A stretch of DNA of 64,000 nucleotides, taken from the NCBI RefSeq assembly GCF_009914755.1, contig NC_060936.1. One strand, written 5' to 3'. Shown piece after piece: positions 16,777 through 31,926 of the stretch. The position numbers were made by a program, and so were the translations under genes. Each line of letters opens with the position of its first letter. The first letter of the stretch is position 1. The stretch comes from the human T2T-CHM13v2.0 reference genome, Homo sapiens. The notes beneath the pieces were generated by a model. That model had not been told where the DNA came from. It saw nothing but the letters and a program-made list of their open reading frames with translations, and made no database searches.

Positions 16777-18069
16777 TGGACACTACTCAGCAATAAAAAG
16801 GAGCTGACCACTGATGTGTGCAATAACTTGGACGAAGCTCCAAGGCATTACATCCAGGGAGGAAAACATCTCCGAAGGTCTACACTGCATGAACTGTACG
16901 ATGTGTCCACTTATGTCACAAAATGACAGCATTATAGAGTGGTGGTGGGGTTCGGATGACTAAAAAGGGGTAGATGGAGAGAGATTTTTGTGGTGATGGA
17001 ACTGTTCTGTATTTTGTGACCGTGGTTACGTGAATGTCCTCATGTGATAAAATGACAGAATGAAGAAAACACTCCACCAAGCTCAGTTTCCTGATTTTCA
17101 TATTGCACTATCCTAAGGTGTAGCCAATGGGAGAAATAGGGAAAACATTTAATTAGCATAAGATCTAGTATTCCATAGCACAGGAGGGTGAATATAGTTA
17201 ATAATAATGTATTGTATATTTTTAAATAACAAAAAGAGTGGAACTGGAATGTTCCTAACAAAGAAATGATACAGGCTTGAGGTGATGGATACCCCAGTTA
17301 CTGGGAGTTGATCATTATACATTGTATGTCTGTATTAAAATATCAAGGTACTCCATAAATATATACACCTTTTATGTACCCACAGTAATTTAAAATTTTA
17401 AAAATTTAGCAAGCAAAATGTGACAAACATTAAATTTAAATACAGTTAGAAACAATGAATCTAATCATATACTAAGTTGATGGCACAGTGTGGGAAAAAT
17501 GCTAATCTAAGTAAAATTCTTAACAGCTTTAATACAATTTCTATGCAATAAAATATACCCGTGTTGTGTGTGCAGTTCAGCGACTGTAGTAAATGTGCAG
17601 AGCTGTGCACCCATCACTCCAACCCAGTTTCCGGATACTTCCGTTACCTCAGAAGGATCCTTCTTGCATTCACTCCCTATCCCCTCCACCCAGCCCGACA
17701 ACCACTCAGTCACCTTCTGTCTTTATGAATGTGCCTCTTCTGGACATTTCATAGAAATGGGATCATATCGTATGTGGCCTTCTGTGACGCCTTTTCACTT
17801 GCATGGTGTGTTTAAGGTCCATCCACACTCAGCACGTTTCCTCGCTGCACGATACTCCAGTGTCTGGATACACCCATTTTGTCTGTCCATGCATCAGCTG
17901 ATGGACCCACTGAGGTGCCTTACGCGAGCCCAGCACTATTCTGCGTGTGGGGGGTCCCTGCTTTGGTCCAGTTTCATGTTTGTGTGTGGATACCTTCAGA
18001 GGGCGGTAACTGATGAAAAGAAAATAAAACTGGGTGAAGCGTTCGAGCGAGAGGGGCTACCATCTGCAT

Positions 18070-19040
18070 GGGGCCGTCATTCATATTTATCGTAGCCTAC
18101 TGTCTGCAAGTACTATTCTAGGCACTGTCCCAAATCCCTGCTCTTACAGAAGGTATATTCTAGTGGGGACCAGACAACAAGCATAGAAGGTGACAGAAAG
18201 AGTCAAGAAAAGGCAGAGGCAACCCTGGGGAGGCTCGCTGCTATTTCAGGCCGATGGTTGAGGGAGGACTTCTCAGGAGAATGTGAGCCAACAAGTAAGA
18301 AACGGAGTTGCTGGGCGTGGCGGCTTACGCCTGGAATCCCAGCACTGTGGGAGGTAGAGGCGGGCAGATCGCTTGAACTCAGGAGTTCAAGACCAGCCTG
18401 GGCAACATGGTGAAACCCTGCTCTCTACTAAAAATTAGCTGGGTGTGGTGGTGTGCACCTGTAGTCCCAGCTACTCAGGAGGCTGAGGTGGGAGGATCAT
18501 CTGAGCCCAGGAGGTGGAGGCTGCAGTGAGCTGACATTGCGCCACTGCCCTCCAGCCCTGACAACAGAGCAAGACACTGTCTCAAAAACAAAAAAAGAAA
18601 AGGAAAAGAAAGAAAAGGAATCATGCAGGTACTGGTGGGAACAGTGTCCCAGGAGAGGGAAAGGCAAGGAGAACGAGTACTCAAAGGCACCTTTGAGGAA
18701 GTAATATTTGAGCTGAACGTGCGTGACAAGGAGGACCAATGCACGCACAGATCTGGGAGAAGAGCAGTGAGGTGAGGGGGCAACAATCAGAGCCACAAGA
18801 AGCCCCTGAAGAGAAGCCTGGGGCACTGAGGACAGCCAGCAGGATGACTCCTGGGGTTGGGCCTGAGCTACAGGGAGGCCATGCCATCTTCTGACAGTGG
18901 AGAGGGCAGGTCTGCCGGGCGTACGTGGTGGGCCTGGGGTCCCCAGTGGAAACAGCTCTCTTTGACAACATGAATCTGGGATGTTTGAACACCAAGTGGA
19001 GCCATCAGGTCAGCAGTTAGAGCTGAGTGTCTGCCACAGA
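18070..19040 (-). mobile_element. L2 fragments interrupted by an Alu (~18309-18615)
   Basis: cattcatatttat...tactgt...tattctaggcactg resembles the antisense L2 3' end. Confidence 0.5.
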
Positions 19041-19204
19041 GACCTAGAGCTACAGGGTGAAGGAACGTGCTGGGGAGCAGGGGAGAGGGTGAAGCGGATG
19101 TTGGGTGCTCAGCCATGCCCCACACTCCACCTCCAACCACAGCACCTCTGAGACAGACTGGACCCTTCCTGAAAACAAAAACCAAACGGGATGAGTGTGT
19201 GGGG

Positions 19205-19990
<786 letters not shown>

Positions 19991-20089
19991 GGAGTGTCAA
20001 TGGTATCCAGCATGTGGGGTTTGCCAAACAACAACAAACAAAACCACCCAATTTTTATAAAACCCCGTGGCGTGCGAGCTTTGATGGCA

Positions 20090-20520
20090 GAGTGTTACAA
20101 TATGTTCAAGCCCTAAATCCCAGGACCTCAGAGGTGACTGTATCTGCAGACATGGAACACGTCATGAATTTGCGTGTCATGCCTGCACGTGGGCCATGCT
20201 AATCTTCTCTATATCGTTCCAGTTTTAGTAGGTGTGGTCTTTAAAGAGGTGATTAAGATAAAATGAGGCCACTGGTGTGGGCCCTAATCCAATAGGACTG
20301 GTGTCCTCGCAGGAAGAGATTAGGGCGCAAACACGCATGAAGAGAAGATGACGTGAGAACTCAAGGAGATGCTGCCCACGAGCCAAGGAGACAGACCAAA
20401 GAGGAACCGGCCCCGCTGACACCCTGATCTCAGAGTTCCAGGCCCCAGAACTGTGAGAAAATACTTTCTGTTGTTTAAGCCGCCTGTTCTGCGGCGTTTT
20501 GATCCAGCGGCCCAAGTGGA
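20090..20520 (+). mobile_element. MLT1 (MaLR) LTR split by the U6 insertion
   Basis: gggccctaatccaataggactggtgtcct and ccagaactgtgagaaaatactttctgttgtttaagcc are MLT1 hallmarks. Confidence 0.75.
20151..20236 (-). pseudogene. U6 snRNA pseudogene fragment (5'-truncated), nested in an MLT1 LTR; possibly RNU6-327P (unverified)
   Basis: Reverse complement reads ...TACTAAAACTGGAACGATATAGAGAAGATTAGCATGGCCCACGTGCAGGCATGACACGCAAATTCATGACGTGTTCCATG, matching U6 from about nt 17 to the 3' end with scattered substitutions. Confidence 0.9.
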
Positions 20521-20567
20521 CCTACATTCAAGGCCAGCACTGGGCAGGGCGGGTCTCACAAATGCAT

Positions 20568-21364
20568 GCTCCCAGCACAGCGCACGGCCCTCACAGTGCC
20601 AGGCTCCCAGCACAGCGCACGGCCCTCACAGTGATAGGCTCCCAGCACAGCGCACGGCACTCACAGTGCCAGGCTCCCAGCACGGCGCACGGCACTCACA
20701 GTGACAGGCTCCCAGCACGGCGCACGGCACTCACAGTGACAGGCTCCCAGCACGGCGCACGGCACTCAGAGTGCCAGGCTCCCAGCACGGCGCACGGCAC
20801 TCACAGTGACAGGCTCCCAGCACGGCGCACGGCACTCACAGTGACAGGCTCCCAGCACGGCGCACGGCACTCACAGTGCCAGGCTCCCAGCACGGCGCAC
20901 GGCACTCACAGTGACAGGCTCCCAGCACGGCGCACGGCACTCACAGTGACAGGCTCCCAGCACGGCGCACGGCACTCACAGTGACAGGCTCCCAGCACGG
21001 CGCACGGCACTCACAGTGCCAGGCTCCCAGCACGGCGCACGGCCCTCACAGTGCCAGGCTCCCAGCACGGCGCACGGCCCTCACAGTGACAGGCTCCCAG
21101 CACGGCGCACGGCCCTCACAGTGACAGGCTCCCAGCACGGCGCACGGCCCTCACAGTGACAGGCTCCCAGCACGGCGCTCGGCCCTCACAGTGACAGGCT
21201 CCCAGCACGGCGCACGGCCCTCACAGTGACAGGCTCCCAGCAGGGCGCACGGCACTCACAGTGACAGGCTCCCAGCACGGCGCACGGCACTCACAGTGAC
21301 AGGCTCCCAGCACGGCGCACGGCACTCACAGTGACAGGCTCCCAGCACGGCGCACGGCACTCAC
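20568..21364. repeat. CpG-rich minisatellite, 35-bp unit (AGGCTCCCAGCACGGCGCACGGCACTCACAGTGAC) x ~23
   Basis: Periodicity read directly; units are highly homogeneous. Confidence 0.95.
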
Positions 21365-24034
21365 TCCTGGTCTGACTGGCCTTCAACATTCTCTCCTGAG
21401 TCCATTCCTTCCACAGACATGCACGACCAAGTGTCTGCTCTGTGTGAGGAACTTTAAGACCCCACCATCTAGACTCACCGCCTCAGAAGGAGACAACCGT
21501 GAAAAGTGAGCGACAGAGGAAGGGGCGCCTGTTTGTGCCGCGGGAAAGATTTCAAGCCCAGGGGACGGCTCATCAGCTCATCAGACCTTCACCGTTCAGT
21601 AGCCAACTGGTCAGTGATCAGTAGATGCTGCCCTGGGGCCAAACATTTCAGACAAATAAACAACAGTGGGCAGACAGGCAAGATCCCTGCTCTATTTTTT
21701 TGAGAGGGGGAGACAAACGGTAAACAGATGTTTCCTTTCCGATAGTGACAGGTGCTGGGGGGAAACTAGACTGGCTGGCGGGGTGGGGGCAGCCCTGCAG
21801 GAGCTGAATGAGGAGAGGCTGCAGAGGGAGGGGCTGGTACCTGAGGGGCTGTTTGTGAGAATTAGCTGGTTCGGTGGAGAAGCAGAGGAACACCTGAGGG
21901 GCTCCAGGAGAAGCAGGTAGGGAGAAGAGGTTTTCTGAGGGGTGGAGGCAGGGGTCATACATGCTGGGCCTTCAAGGGCCATGATATGGTTATCATTACT
22001 ATGTAATAAACCACCCCAAATGCAGTGGCTTAAACAACTACTTATTTCTCATGATTATATGCTGGCTGCCTGGTGCAGCACTGTGCTGGTGTTTAACAAC
22101 CTTCTCTTCAGAAGAAAACAAAAGCAAAATTAAAAACCACCCTGATTTGAAGCATTTACCAATTTCCACAGTGCAAACACTCCTCCCAGGGCCCATTCCA
22201 ACCAGGCCAACTGAGCTGAGTGGGTAAGGCTGGAAGGGGCGCCATCCCACACAGGCCACAGAAGCACACACCCTCGGGCCTGCAGGTAACAGGCAGGTGC
22301 GGTAAACTAACTAGAAAGTAGTGCGTCCTGAGCACTCATCACCTTTGTTTTCAGTGTAACTCAATTCTAAGTGTAGAGGATGCTTGAATAATGGCTGTCT
22401 ACCAGTTACCAGCACTAGGCGTTTCTGGAGGTGGCTCCCCCGAAGATCACCCGGCTCCGTCCTGCTGCCGGTCAGCGCGCGGATCTGCAGGGCTAGGCTG
22501 TGCTCTGCATGCGGCCCTCCGTCCTCAGGGAGGCAAGACCCGGCTTCTCTACACGGCTGCAGCCGCCCTCAGAAGGCGCAGGAGCTAGCGTGCATGCCAA
22601 AACGGAGCCCACGTGGAGGCAGAGGGCGGGCACGGCCGCGGGGACAGCGTTCTGGTTTCCCCATCAAGCCAGGCTGGAGGGACGATCTACTTTCCTAAAT
22701 CCCCTCCGTTCTCATGCTTTCCTTCCCTTCCCAGTGCAGGGCTCCCGGCAACCTAGCGGCCCTGGCAGTGACTCTGGGGCCTCTTCAGGGAGCCGGCTGC
22801 AGCTGCCTCAGGGCCAGCATTGCTCCACTCTCCCAGCCTGCCAGCCCGAAGCTGGGGGGCTGTCACCAGGAAACCCTTGCTGGCGGAAGCCCCTTCCAAA
22901 CTCAGCTGCCTCTCTGCCTTGGCCACACCCCTGGGGTGAAGGCCGTGTGGTGCTGGGAGCAGCCCCTGGACCCCGGCTCTCACACCTGGGCCCGACCACT
23001 CCCATCCTGCTGGCCCTGAGGTCATTAAGATGACTTAAAGCAGATTTAAAACAGCCTTTGTAGCTGGCCTAGGGAGGAGGGTTGGCCTGAATCCCTCAGT
23101 CTGTTTTAAGCCAATCTGCCCAGACTTCCTGGCTGCAGTCAGAAGCTATGACAGAGGCCATCCCAGAGAGGCCTCACTGGGGTGGACGGGTTCACCTAGA
23201 ACCTGAGGCCCCCTTCCCTGGCTTGGAGCCTGGGCAGCACACGGAGGGGTGGGCAGGGCTGACCCCCGCTTCTGAGGGGCACCAGGGAGCACAGAGGGAG
23301 CCGCAGGTGAGGAGTGCGTGGGGAGACGGTCTGTGGGGCCAGCGGGCAGCTGCAGCCCTGCCCTGGGTTTGTCCCAAGGCTGGGCCAAGGAGCCAGGAAG
23401 AAGCAGTGGGATCTGCAGCAGCACCAGGCTGTCCTCCAGAAAGCCTGTGGACGACCCACGCAGCCACCCCACAAGGAGAGCAGGGCTCCAAAACCACCAC
23501 AGCCGGTCAGTTTTGCTGGGTGGGATGGCTGGGTCTTGAGGACGAGGAAGTACAGAAGCTCATGAAAAGACGGAATGAGTTCACGGCCACCTGCTTCCAT
23601 AAAACACAGCTCCTTACCACACCCGAGGAGTAACTGCCCTGATCTCCCTGCCTCCATAAAACACGGCTCCTTACCACGCTGGGAGGATAACTGCCCTGCT
23701 CCCAAGGCCTCCTCCCTCACATCACAGCCAAACCCAAGCTGTTCCGACTGCTCCAGGTAGAAATCCTCTTCACAGTGGGCCAGGAGTTGGACTTCTCTGA
23801 AGGACTAAGGAAGCAGGAGTGAGTCCCTAGGACACCTGGAGCCCAGAGGCTCTCTGAGCTGCCTGCCCTTCCTGGACAGGTGCAGCTGGTCCTGAGGAAA
23901 GACCAGCATCCTCTACAGGGCAAGTGTTCTTGTTTCTACTTTTTGGAGATGGGAAGGGGAAGAGTGAGTATCAACCGATCTCTCTAAGACACAGACGCAG
24001 GGTAGCCCCAGCCCACTTCATTGGCGAATGCCAG

Positions 24035-24912
24035 CCTCCCCTCTCAGCCTCGCACCTGCACAAACTGGCAACCTCCCCTCTCAGCCTCGCCTCTGCACAA
24101 ACTCAGGAACTCCCCTCTCGGCCTCACCCCCGCACTAACTCAGGACCTCCCCTCTTGGCCTCACCCCTGCACAAACTTGCAACCTCCCCTCGGCCTCACC
24201 CCTGCACAAACTTGGGACCTCCCCCTCTCAGCCTCACCCCTGCACTAAGGACCTCCCCTCTCAGCCTCGCCTCTGCACAAACTCAGGACCTCCCCTCTCG
24301 GCCTCACCCCCGCACTAACTCAGGACCTCCCCTCTTGGCCTCACCCCTGCACAAATTTGCAACCTCCCCTCTCGGCCTCACCCCTGCACTTAGGGACCTC
24401 CCCTCTCAGCCTCGCCTCTGCACAAACTCAGGACCTCCCCTCTCCCTCACCCCTGCACCAACTCAAGACTTCCCTTCTTGGCCTCACCCCTGCACAAACG
24501 TGCAAACTCCCCTTTTGGCTTCATCCATGCACAAACTTGGGACCTCCCTTCTCGGCCTCACCCCTGCACTAACTAGGGACCTCCCCTCTCAGCCTCGCCC
24601 CTGCACAAACTCGGGATCTCCCCTCTCAGCCTCGCCCCTGCACTAACTTGGGACCTCCCTGCTCAGCCTCACCCCTGCACAAACTTGGGACCTCCCCCTT
24701 AGCCTCGCCCCTGCACTAACTCGGGACCTCCCCTTCTCAGCCTTGCCCCTGCACTAACTCGGGACCTCCCTGCTCAGCCTCGCCCCTGCACTAACTCAGA
24801 ACCTCCCTGCTCAGCCTCGCCCCTACACAAACTCGGGACCTCCCCTCCCGGCCTCACCCCTGCACTAACACGGGACCTCCCCTCTCAGCCCCACCCTTGC
24901 ACAAACTCAGGG
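24035..24912. repeat. Degenerate C-rich minisatellite, ~37-bp unit x ~24, just past the CHFR poly(A) site
   Basis: ACCTCCCCTCTC(A/G)GCCTC(A/G)CCCCTGCAC(A/T)AACT... recurs throughout. Confidence 0.9.
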
Positions 24913-25180
24913 TCTCTGCATTGTGGCTTCTTCTGGTGCTCAGCTGAAGACAAAGCCTCCACACTGGATGAACAGGTTGTGGCTTCCCAGCATTGGCAGA
25001 ATGAAGAGACCTGAGCAGGTTTCACAGGAGTCACTGAGGGACAGCAGGTGACAGAGTGACCATCACTAGCAGTGAGGCACTCGGAGCTCACTCTGCATGG
25101 GGCCTGCCTCCCTCGCATGGGGAAGTGAGGCAGCCCCAGACACGAGCCCAACACGAGAGCGGAGGAGCAAACGCGGCTCA

Positions 25181-25186
25181 TTTATT
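25181..25186 (-). terminator. CHFR: CHFR polyadenylation signal AATAAA
   Basis: Plus-strand tttatt; GU-rich sequence (ctcgtgttgggctcgtgtctg) lies just downstream on the minus strand. Confidence 0.7.
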
Positions 25187-25474
25187 AGAATATGCAAAAG
25201 AGAGGACTTTCCTCCACAAATACAGATTGCTGCTTCTCAGTTTCTATCAAGAGCAAGACAACAGTTGAAAACTGTATTCCTGAGAAGAAGCAAAAAAGTT
25301 ATCAGTTTACAAACAAGGATAACAGGTGATTTCAACAAAAGATAAAAAACTTTTTTTTCCAAAAATCAAAATTTCAAGTATTATTCCAGATGACATGGCA
25401 AAGCTAGCACAGGCGGAAGCCAAGGTGCCCCTCAGGCTCTGTAGGGTCTTGGAGGAAGGGCCCGGGCAGCATGA

Positions 25475-25660
25475 GGGAGCGGCGCGTCCTGGGACCTGCC
25501 TCCAGCCCTGGGCTTGGGGCCGTGGTCACTCACACAAGGGAGCAGCACGTCCTGGGACCTGCGTCCAGCCCCAGGCTCGGGGCCGTGGTCACTCACACAA
25601 GGGAGCAGCATGTCCTGGGACCTGCGTCCAGCCCCAGGCTCGGGGCCGCGGTCACTCACC
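25475..25660. repeat. 63-bp tandem repeat x3 in the CHFR 3'UTR
   Basis: GGGAGC...GGTCACTCAC(ACAA) units start at 25475, 25538 and 25601. Confidence 0.92.
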
Positions 25661-26363
25661 GGTTAGCAAGGAGCGACTAACTTGGCGGCCACGTCGAGGG
25701 TTAGCAGTTTTGGACATTGGAAGGTTTCTTTTTTTAATAAACAGAAGCATATGCTTATTCTTTCAAATACCATACTATACCCAATTTTAGTCAATTTGTA
25801 AATTATAAATTATATTATTTGTGCTACAGTTTGTGACATTTAAATCTTATTAGAAGATAAGCACCAAACCTATTAAAATAAAAAATAGATAAAATGCTGT
25901 GGTTTTCCCAGCAGCAGGATATTGTGTACGTCCTGTAGGCTGTAAACTTATGCTCCCTTCTCCTGAAACAATGTTTTTGATAAACTTGCCCTTCTCCCTT
26001 GAAACTTTTCCTGAAAACAGACTTCTGCTTTAACTGTAGTTTCGGAAAATGTACAAAAGAGCAAAACTGCCCCTCTCGGCGGGACGGCCGCATGTTACAG
26101 AAAGGCTTCGTCTCTGCTGCTGATGCCACCACGAGCCCTGCCCAGCGCTCACCAGGAGGGCGGGCTGCGGCCCCCGGGGCTCTGGGGAGGGTCTCACTCA
26201 GAGGGTAAAGCTCCACAGAAGAGTCACCCCAGAGCACCTGTCGGAGACCCTGCGTCCCTTCCCTCAGGGGGCTGTGAAAACACCTTGACGTGCTTGTCTC
26301 TGTATTTTAAAAACACGCTCTCTTCACCTCCAGTGCTGAAAGCTGCTCAGGGCCTCTGGATGC

Positions 26364-26406
26364 TTAGTTTTTGAACCTTGTCTGTTCACAGATATGATTG
26401 AATTTC
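26364..26406 (-). CDS. CHFR: CHFR exon 18 coding part (last exon, stop TAA at 26366-26364)
   Basis: ctgcag|G AAA TTC AAT CAT ATC TGT GAA CAG ACA AGG TTC AAA AAC TAA = (M)KFNHICEQTRFKN*, end of the PBZ motif. Confidence 0.95.
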
Positions 26407-27818
26407 CTGCAGGGAGAAAATGGCCAAATTACACAAGAGAGCATTGGAGAGGCAATCAAATAAATTACACAACAGAGCATCAGAAAGGCATTCAAATAAA
26501 CGCATTCGGAAACCATACACAGAAAGAGCTACCTGAGAAAGAGTGTGTGTGCTTCTCACAATATCAAAGAAACTAACCCCCAAAGGTAAACTTCTTTATC
26601 CCTTTAAAAATTTTGAAACGGAAGTGCAAACATCTGGCCACGCACAGTGGCTAATGTCTGTAATCTAGCACTTTGGGAGGCCGAGGCGGGCGGATCACTT
26701 GAGGTCAGGAGTTCGAGACCAGCCTGGCCAACATGGTAAAACCCCATCTCTACTAAAAATATTTAAAAAATTAGCCTGACGTGGTGGCGAGCACCTGTAG
26801 TCCCTGCTACTCGGGAGGCTGAGGCAAAAGAATTGCTTGAACCTGGGAGGCAGGGTTGCAATCAGCTGAGATCACACCTCTATACTCCAGCCTGGCAGAC
26901 AGAGCGAGACTCCATCTCAAAAAAAAAAAAAAAAAAGAAGTGCAAACATCTTAGATAATTTTTTTAGAGAAGAGAATAAAAGCTGCACCTCCTCAGGCAT
27001 CCCCGTGGCATCTGCTGACAGGGCTGAGGCAGACACACCAAGCTGGATGGCCTGTGGCCACCTTCCCTCTCCACAGACTGTGGGCAAGGAGGACCAGCAT
27101 GGCTGCACATTTCTACTGAAAACTGTCTGCCAGTCAACAGTGAAATCTCTTTTTGTAACAACATGGTCTCTTCCATGTGCTGTTTGTGCTCAAACACAAA
27201 GCAAGGTTTTTATTCCACAAAATCCCTGTGAGGGAGGCGCCTTTCTCTGAGTCCACACAACATCTCGTCCTGAGGGCACTGTCTCCATCACTTTAATCTG
27301 AACTCCTTGGGCCACAGGAGTGATTTACGTGATCACCTAACCTAAGAGATGCCTCCTGACCTACGCCTCCCAGGGCAATGCAGATGGCGCTGTGAACCTC
27401 CTTTAAGGAGCACGGGAAAGACACCACGTGAGGGTGACGATGTGACAGCAATCACAAATGCCTGCTCACGGGACGGACGAGAACCCAGCTGTGCAGCGCT
27501 TTGCGAGGGGGGCCTGAGGCCCTCAGTGACTGCAGCCTTCGACTTAGAAACGGCTAAGCCTGAAATGATGGGGTGTGCCCCGGATGCCTCAGACAACAGA
27601 TAAAGCTACTCCAGCCAGGAAGACACAGAAGTGGAAGACGGAGATAAAACTGCATGAAACGAAGGGATAAAGGAAGAGCAGGATTTCTAAATGAAGATAC
27701 CGGTTCCTAAAGGATGCAACCTGAGAGAAGCATAATGACCATATCAGCCTATTTATAAGCAGGCAGTTAACTCATTCATCACTCTGTAGCTGACGCCTGT
27801 GCCCCCAGCTGCACTCAC

Positions 27819-27891
27819 ATGGCGTGGTGAGCTTTCACCTGAGTGCGGCAGTTACGGCCCCAGTAGCAGTCAGGACGGGATGTTACGGCCA
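27819..27891 (-). CDS. CHFR: CHFR exon 17 (73 nt), PBZ zinc finger
   Basis: (V)AVTSRPDCYWGRNCRTQVKAHHA(M); ttccag| and |GTGAGT. Confidence 0.95.
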
Positions 27892-28091
27892 CTGGAAAAA
27901 GAGAAGGGGTACGCATCTATGAGATGTATTGCACGCACCCACTCAGCTACCTGAATCCCAGCAGAGACCCAACGACAGACGCTGCGGTGGAAACGCACGG
28001 CCTCTGGTCCCTCCATAACTAGTTTCCTCAGACCGTTCTGAGATTTCAGGAAAGGAAACACATGTTTAACTAAAAACCCAACTGAGGGTCA

Positions 28092-28256
<165 letters not shown>

Positions 28257-28525
28257 TTAAAAAATAAAAACCCAATTGAGGAAATAAAATTACCCCAGTT
28301 GACTATTGGATGTCTTTACAAATCTGTTTTAGAAACCCACGTTACACTCATGAGTAACTGCAAATAGACCCAGGGCCTAAAACAACCACAGCCCTGTATG
28401 GCCTGACGTCCTGCCGGCTCCTGACTGAGGCCAAATTCTGCTTAGAACATTGAGCAAAGTGCAAACAGGGTGTCTGTAAAGAAAAGAGTGCTGGCTGAGC
28501 GTGGTGGCTCATGCCTGCAATCCTA

Positions 28526-28753
<228 letters not shown>

Positions 28754-28835
28754 TCAAAAAAAAAAAAAGAGAGGCAGAAGCCAAGAAGCCAACCCAGACA
28801 GAACTAGAGCCATGAGGAAGTCGGGGGCTCCTTAC

Positions 28836-28943
28836 CTGGCAACTCGGAAGCAGGAATGTTCTGCCGATACTGATAGGTCAGCTCACGGAAGCTGCGCAGG
28901 CCACAGCAGTAACACAGAACGGTGTCTCCCGTGACTCTGTAAT
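28836..28943 (-). CDS. CHFR: CHFR exon 16 (108 nt)
   Basis: (D)YRVTGDTVLCYCCGLRSFRELTYQYRQNIPASELP; ttccag| and |GTAAGG. Confidence 0.95.
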
Positions 28944-29058
28944 CTGGAAGAAACACAGCCAGTTACCCATCTTCCCAACAGCAGCGCACGGACTTCACAG
29001 CAGTGGGAGACTAACGCACTGACCATAAATGGGGTGAAGACAACGGGCGACACATTAG

Positions 29059-29212
<154 letters not shown>

Positions 29213-29323
29213 TAGCTGGGACTACAGGTGCCCGCCACCACACCGGGCTAATTTTTTGTATTTTTAGTAGAGACTGGGTTTCACCGTGTTAGCCAGGATG
29301 GTCTCGATCTCCTGACCTCGTGA

Positions 29324-29757
<434 letters not shown>

Positions 29758-30147
29758 TAAAACTCCCAAAAAACAAGAAGAAAATGAGAAAATTAGCTAT
29801 TTCTAAGTATGTCTTGAAAACCAAATTGCACAGAGGAAAGGATTTGTACGTTTGGCTATCTACAATTTAAACATCAAAATTAAATACAACAAAAGTGAAC
29901 TACTACTATAGTGGAAACATTTGCAACACAAATGAAAATGTGCTATACCCTTAATTAACAAAGATATCGGCCAGGCACGGTGGCTCGCGCCTGTAATCCC
30001 AGCACTTTGGGAGGCCGAGGCAGGCGGATCACAAGGTCAGGAGTTCGAGACCAGCCTAACCAAGATGGTGAAACCTCACCTCTACTAAAAATACAAAAAA
30101 AAAATTAGCTGGGCATGTTGGCGGGTGCCTGTAATCCCAGCTACTCA

Positions 30148-30456
<309 letters not shown>

Positions 30457-30646
30457 CTACAGCCTCCCTTAGTGATAAATTATCATACTCCACAAAGCAT
30501 CGTGTGCCCCCCTGGAGAGGAGTGACCCTCACCAAGTGACTGACACATCAAGCAAGAGATTCACCAAGTCCCCGAGGGTCCCAGGACAACTGACCCCAGG
30601 ACCTCTGGATAGACAAGTGGTAGAGACCCTCCAAGCTGGCCCCACC

Positions 30647-31419
<773 letters not shown>

Positions 31420-31838
31420 TAATTCCAGCACTTTGGGAAGCTGAGGTGGGCAGATCACCTGAAGTCAGAAGTTCAAGACCAGGCTGGCCAACATGGGGAA
31501 ACCCCATCTTTACTAAAAATACAAAATTAGCTGGGTGTGGTGGCACATGCCTGTAATCCCAGCTACTCAGGAGGTTGATGCAGGAGAATCGCTTGAACCC
31601 AGGAGGCCGAGGGGGCCTTGAGCTGAGATCATGCCACTGCACTCCAGTCTGGGCAACAAGAGCGAGACTCCATCTCAAAAAACAAACAAACAAACAAAAA
31701 CAACCTGAAAGCATCAGGATCTTTTTCCTCTCTTCCAGGGTGGGTGAAGGTCGGAGTTGTCACTGGGAGAGCAGACACGCAGGCACAGCCCTGGACACTC
31801 ACATGCGCCTTAGAGCAGGAGGCAACAGAAGAACTCAC

Positions 31839-31926
31839 CAGACAGCAGAAACACTCCCCGCTGGAGAGCCATGAGGCTCTCGGTCAACATGTTTTTCCAT
31901 GTCAAACCTCTGGTTGCCAGGTAATT
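31839..31926 (-). CDS. CHFR: CHFR exon 15 (88 nt); carries Met at codon 580
   Basis: NYLATRGLTWKNMLTESLMALQRGVFLLS; cacag| and |GTGAGT. Confidence 0.95.

Larger units (their letters stand above)
25160..26363 (-). other. CHFR: CHFR 3'UTR to the proximal poly(A) site (~1.2 kb)
   Basis: Follows the stop codon; ends shortly after AATAAA at 25186-25181; cleavage position approximate. Confidence 0.7.

Noticed and set aside
20590-21335. 21 copies of CACAGTG, the V(D)J recombination signal heptamer, in the 35-bp VNTR
   Set aside because: No ACAAAAACC-like nonamer at 12 or 23 bp spacing and no antigen-receptor segments; at most cryptic RAG nicking sites.
20568-21364. Regular arrays as possible CRISPR loci (also 2.1, 41.5, 53.7 and 59.2 kb)
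   Set aside because: Units are contiguous with no unique spacers, there are no cas genes and the DNA is primate; these are minisatellites.
23924-24646. 240-aa Pro/Leu/Ser-rich ORF
   Set aside because: Lies in the C-rich VNTR and starts at a non-ATG codon.
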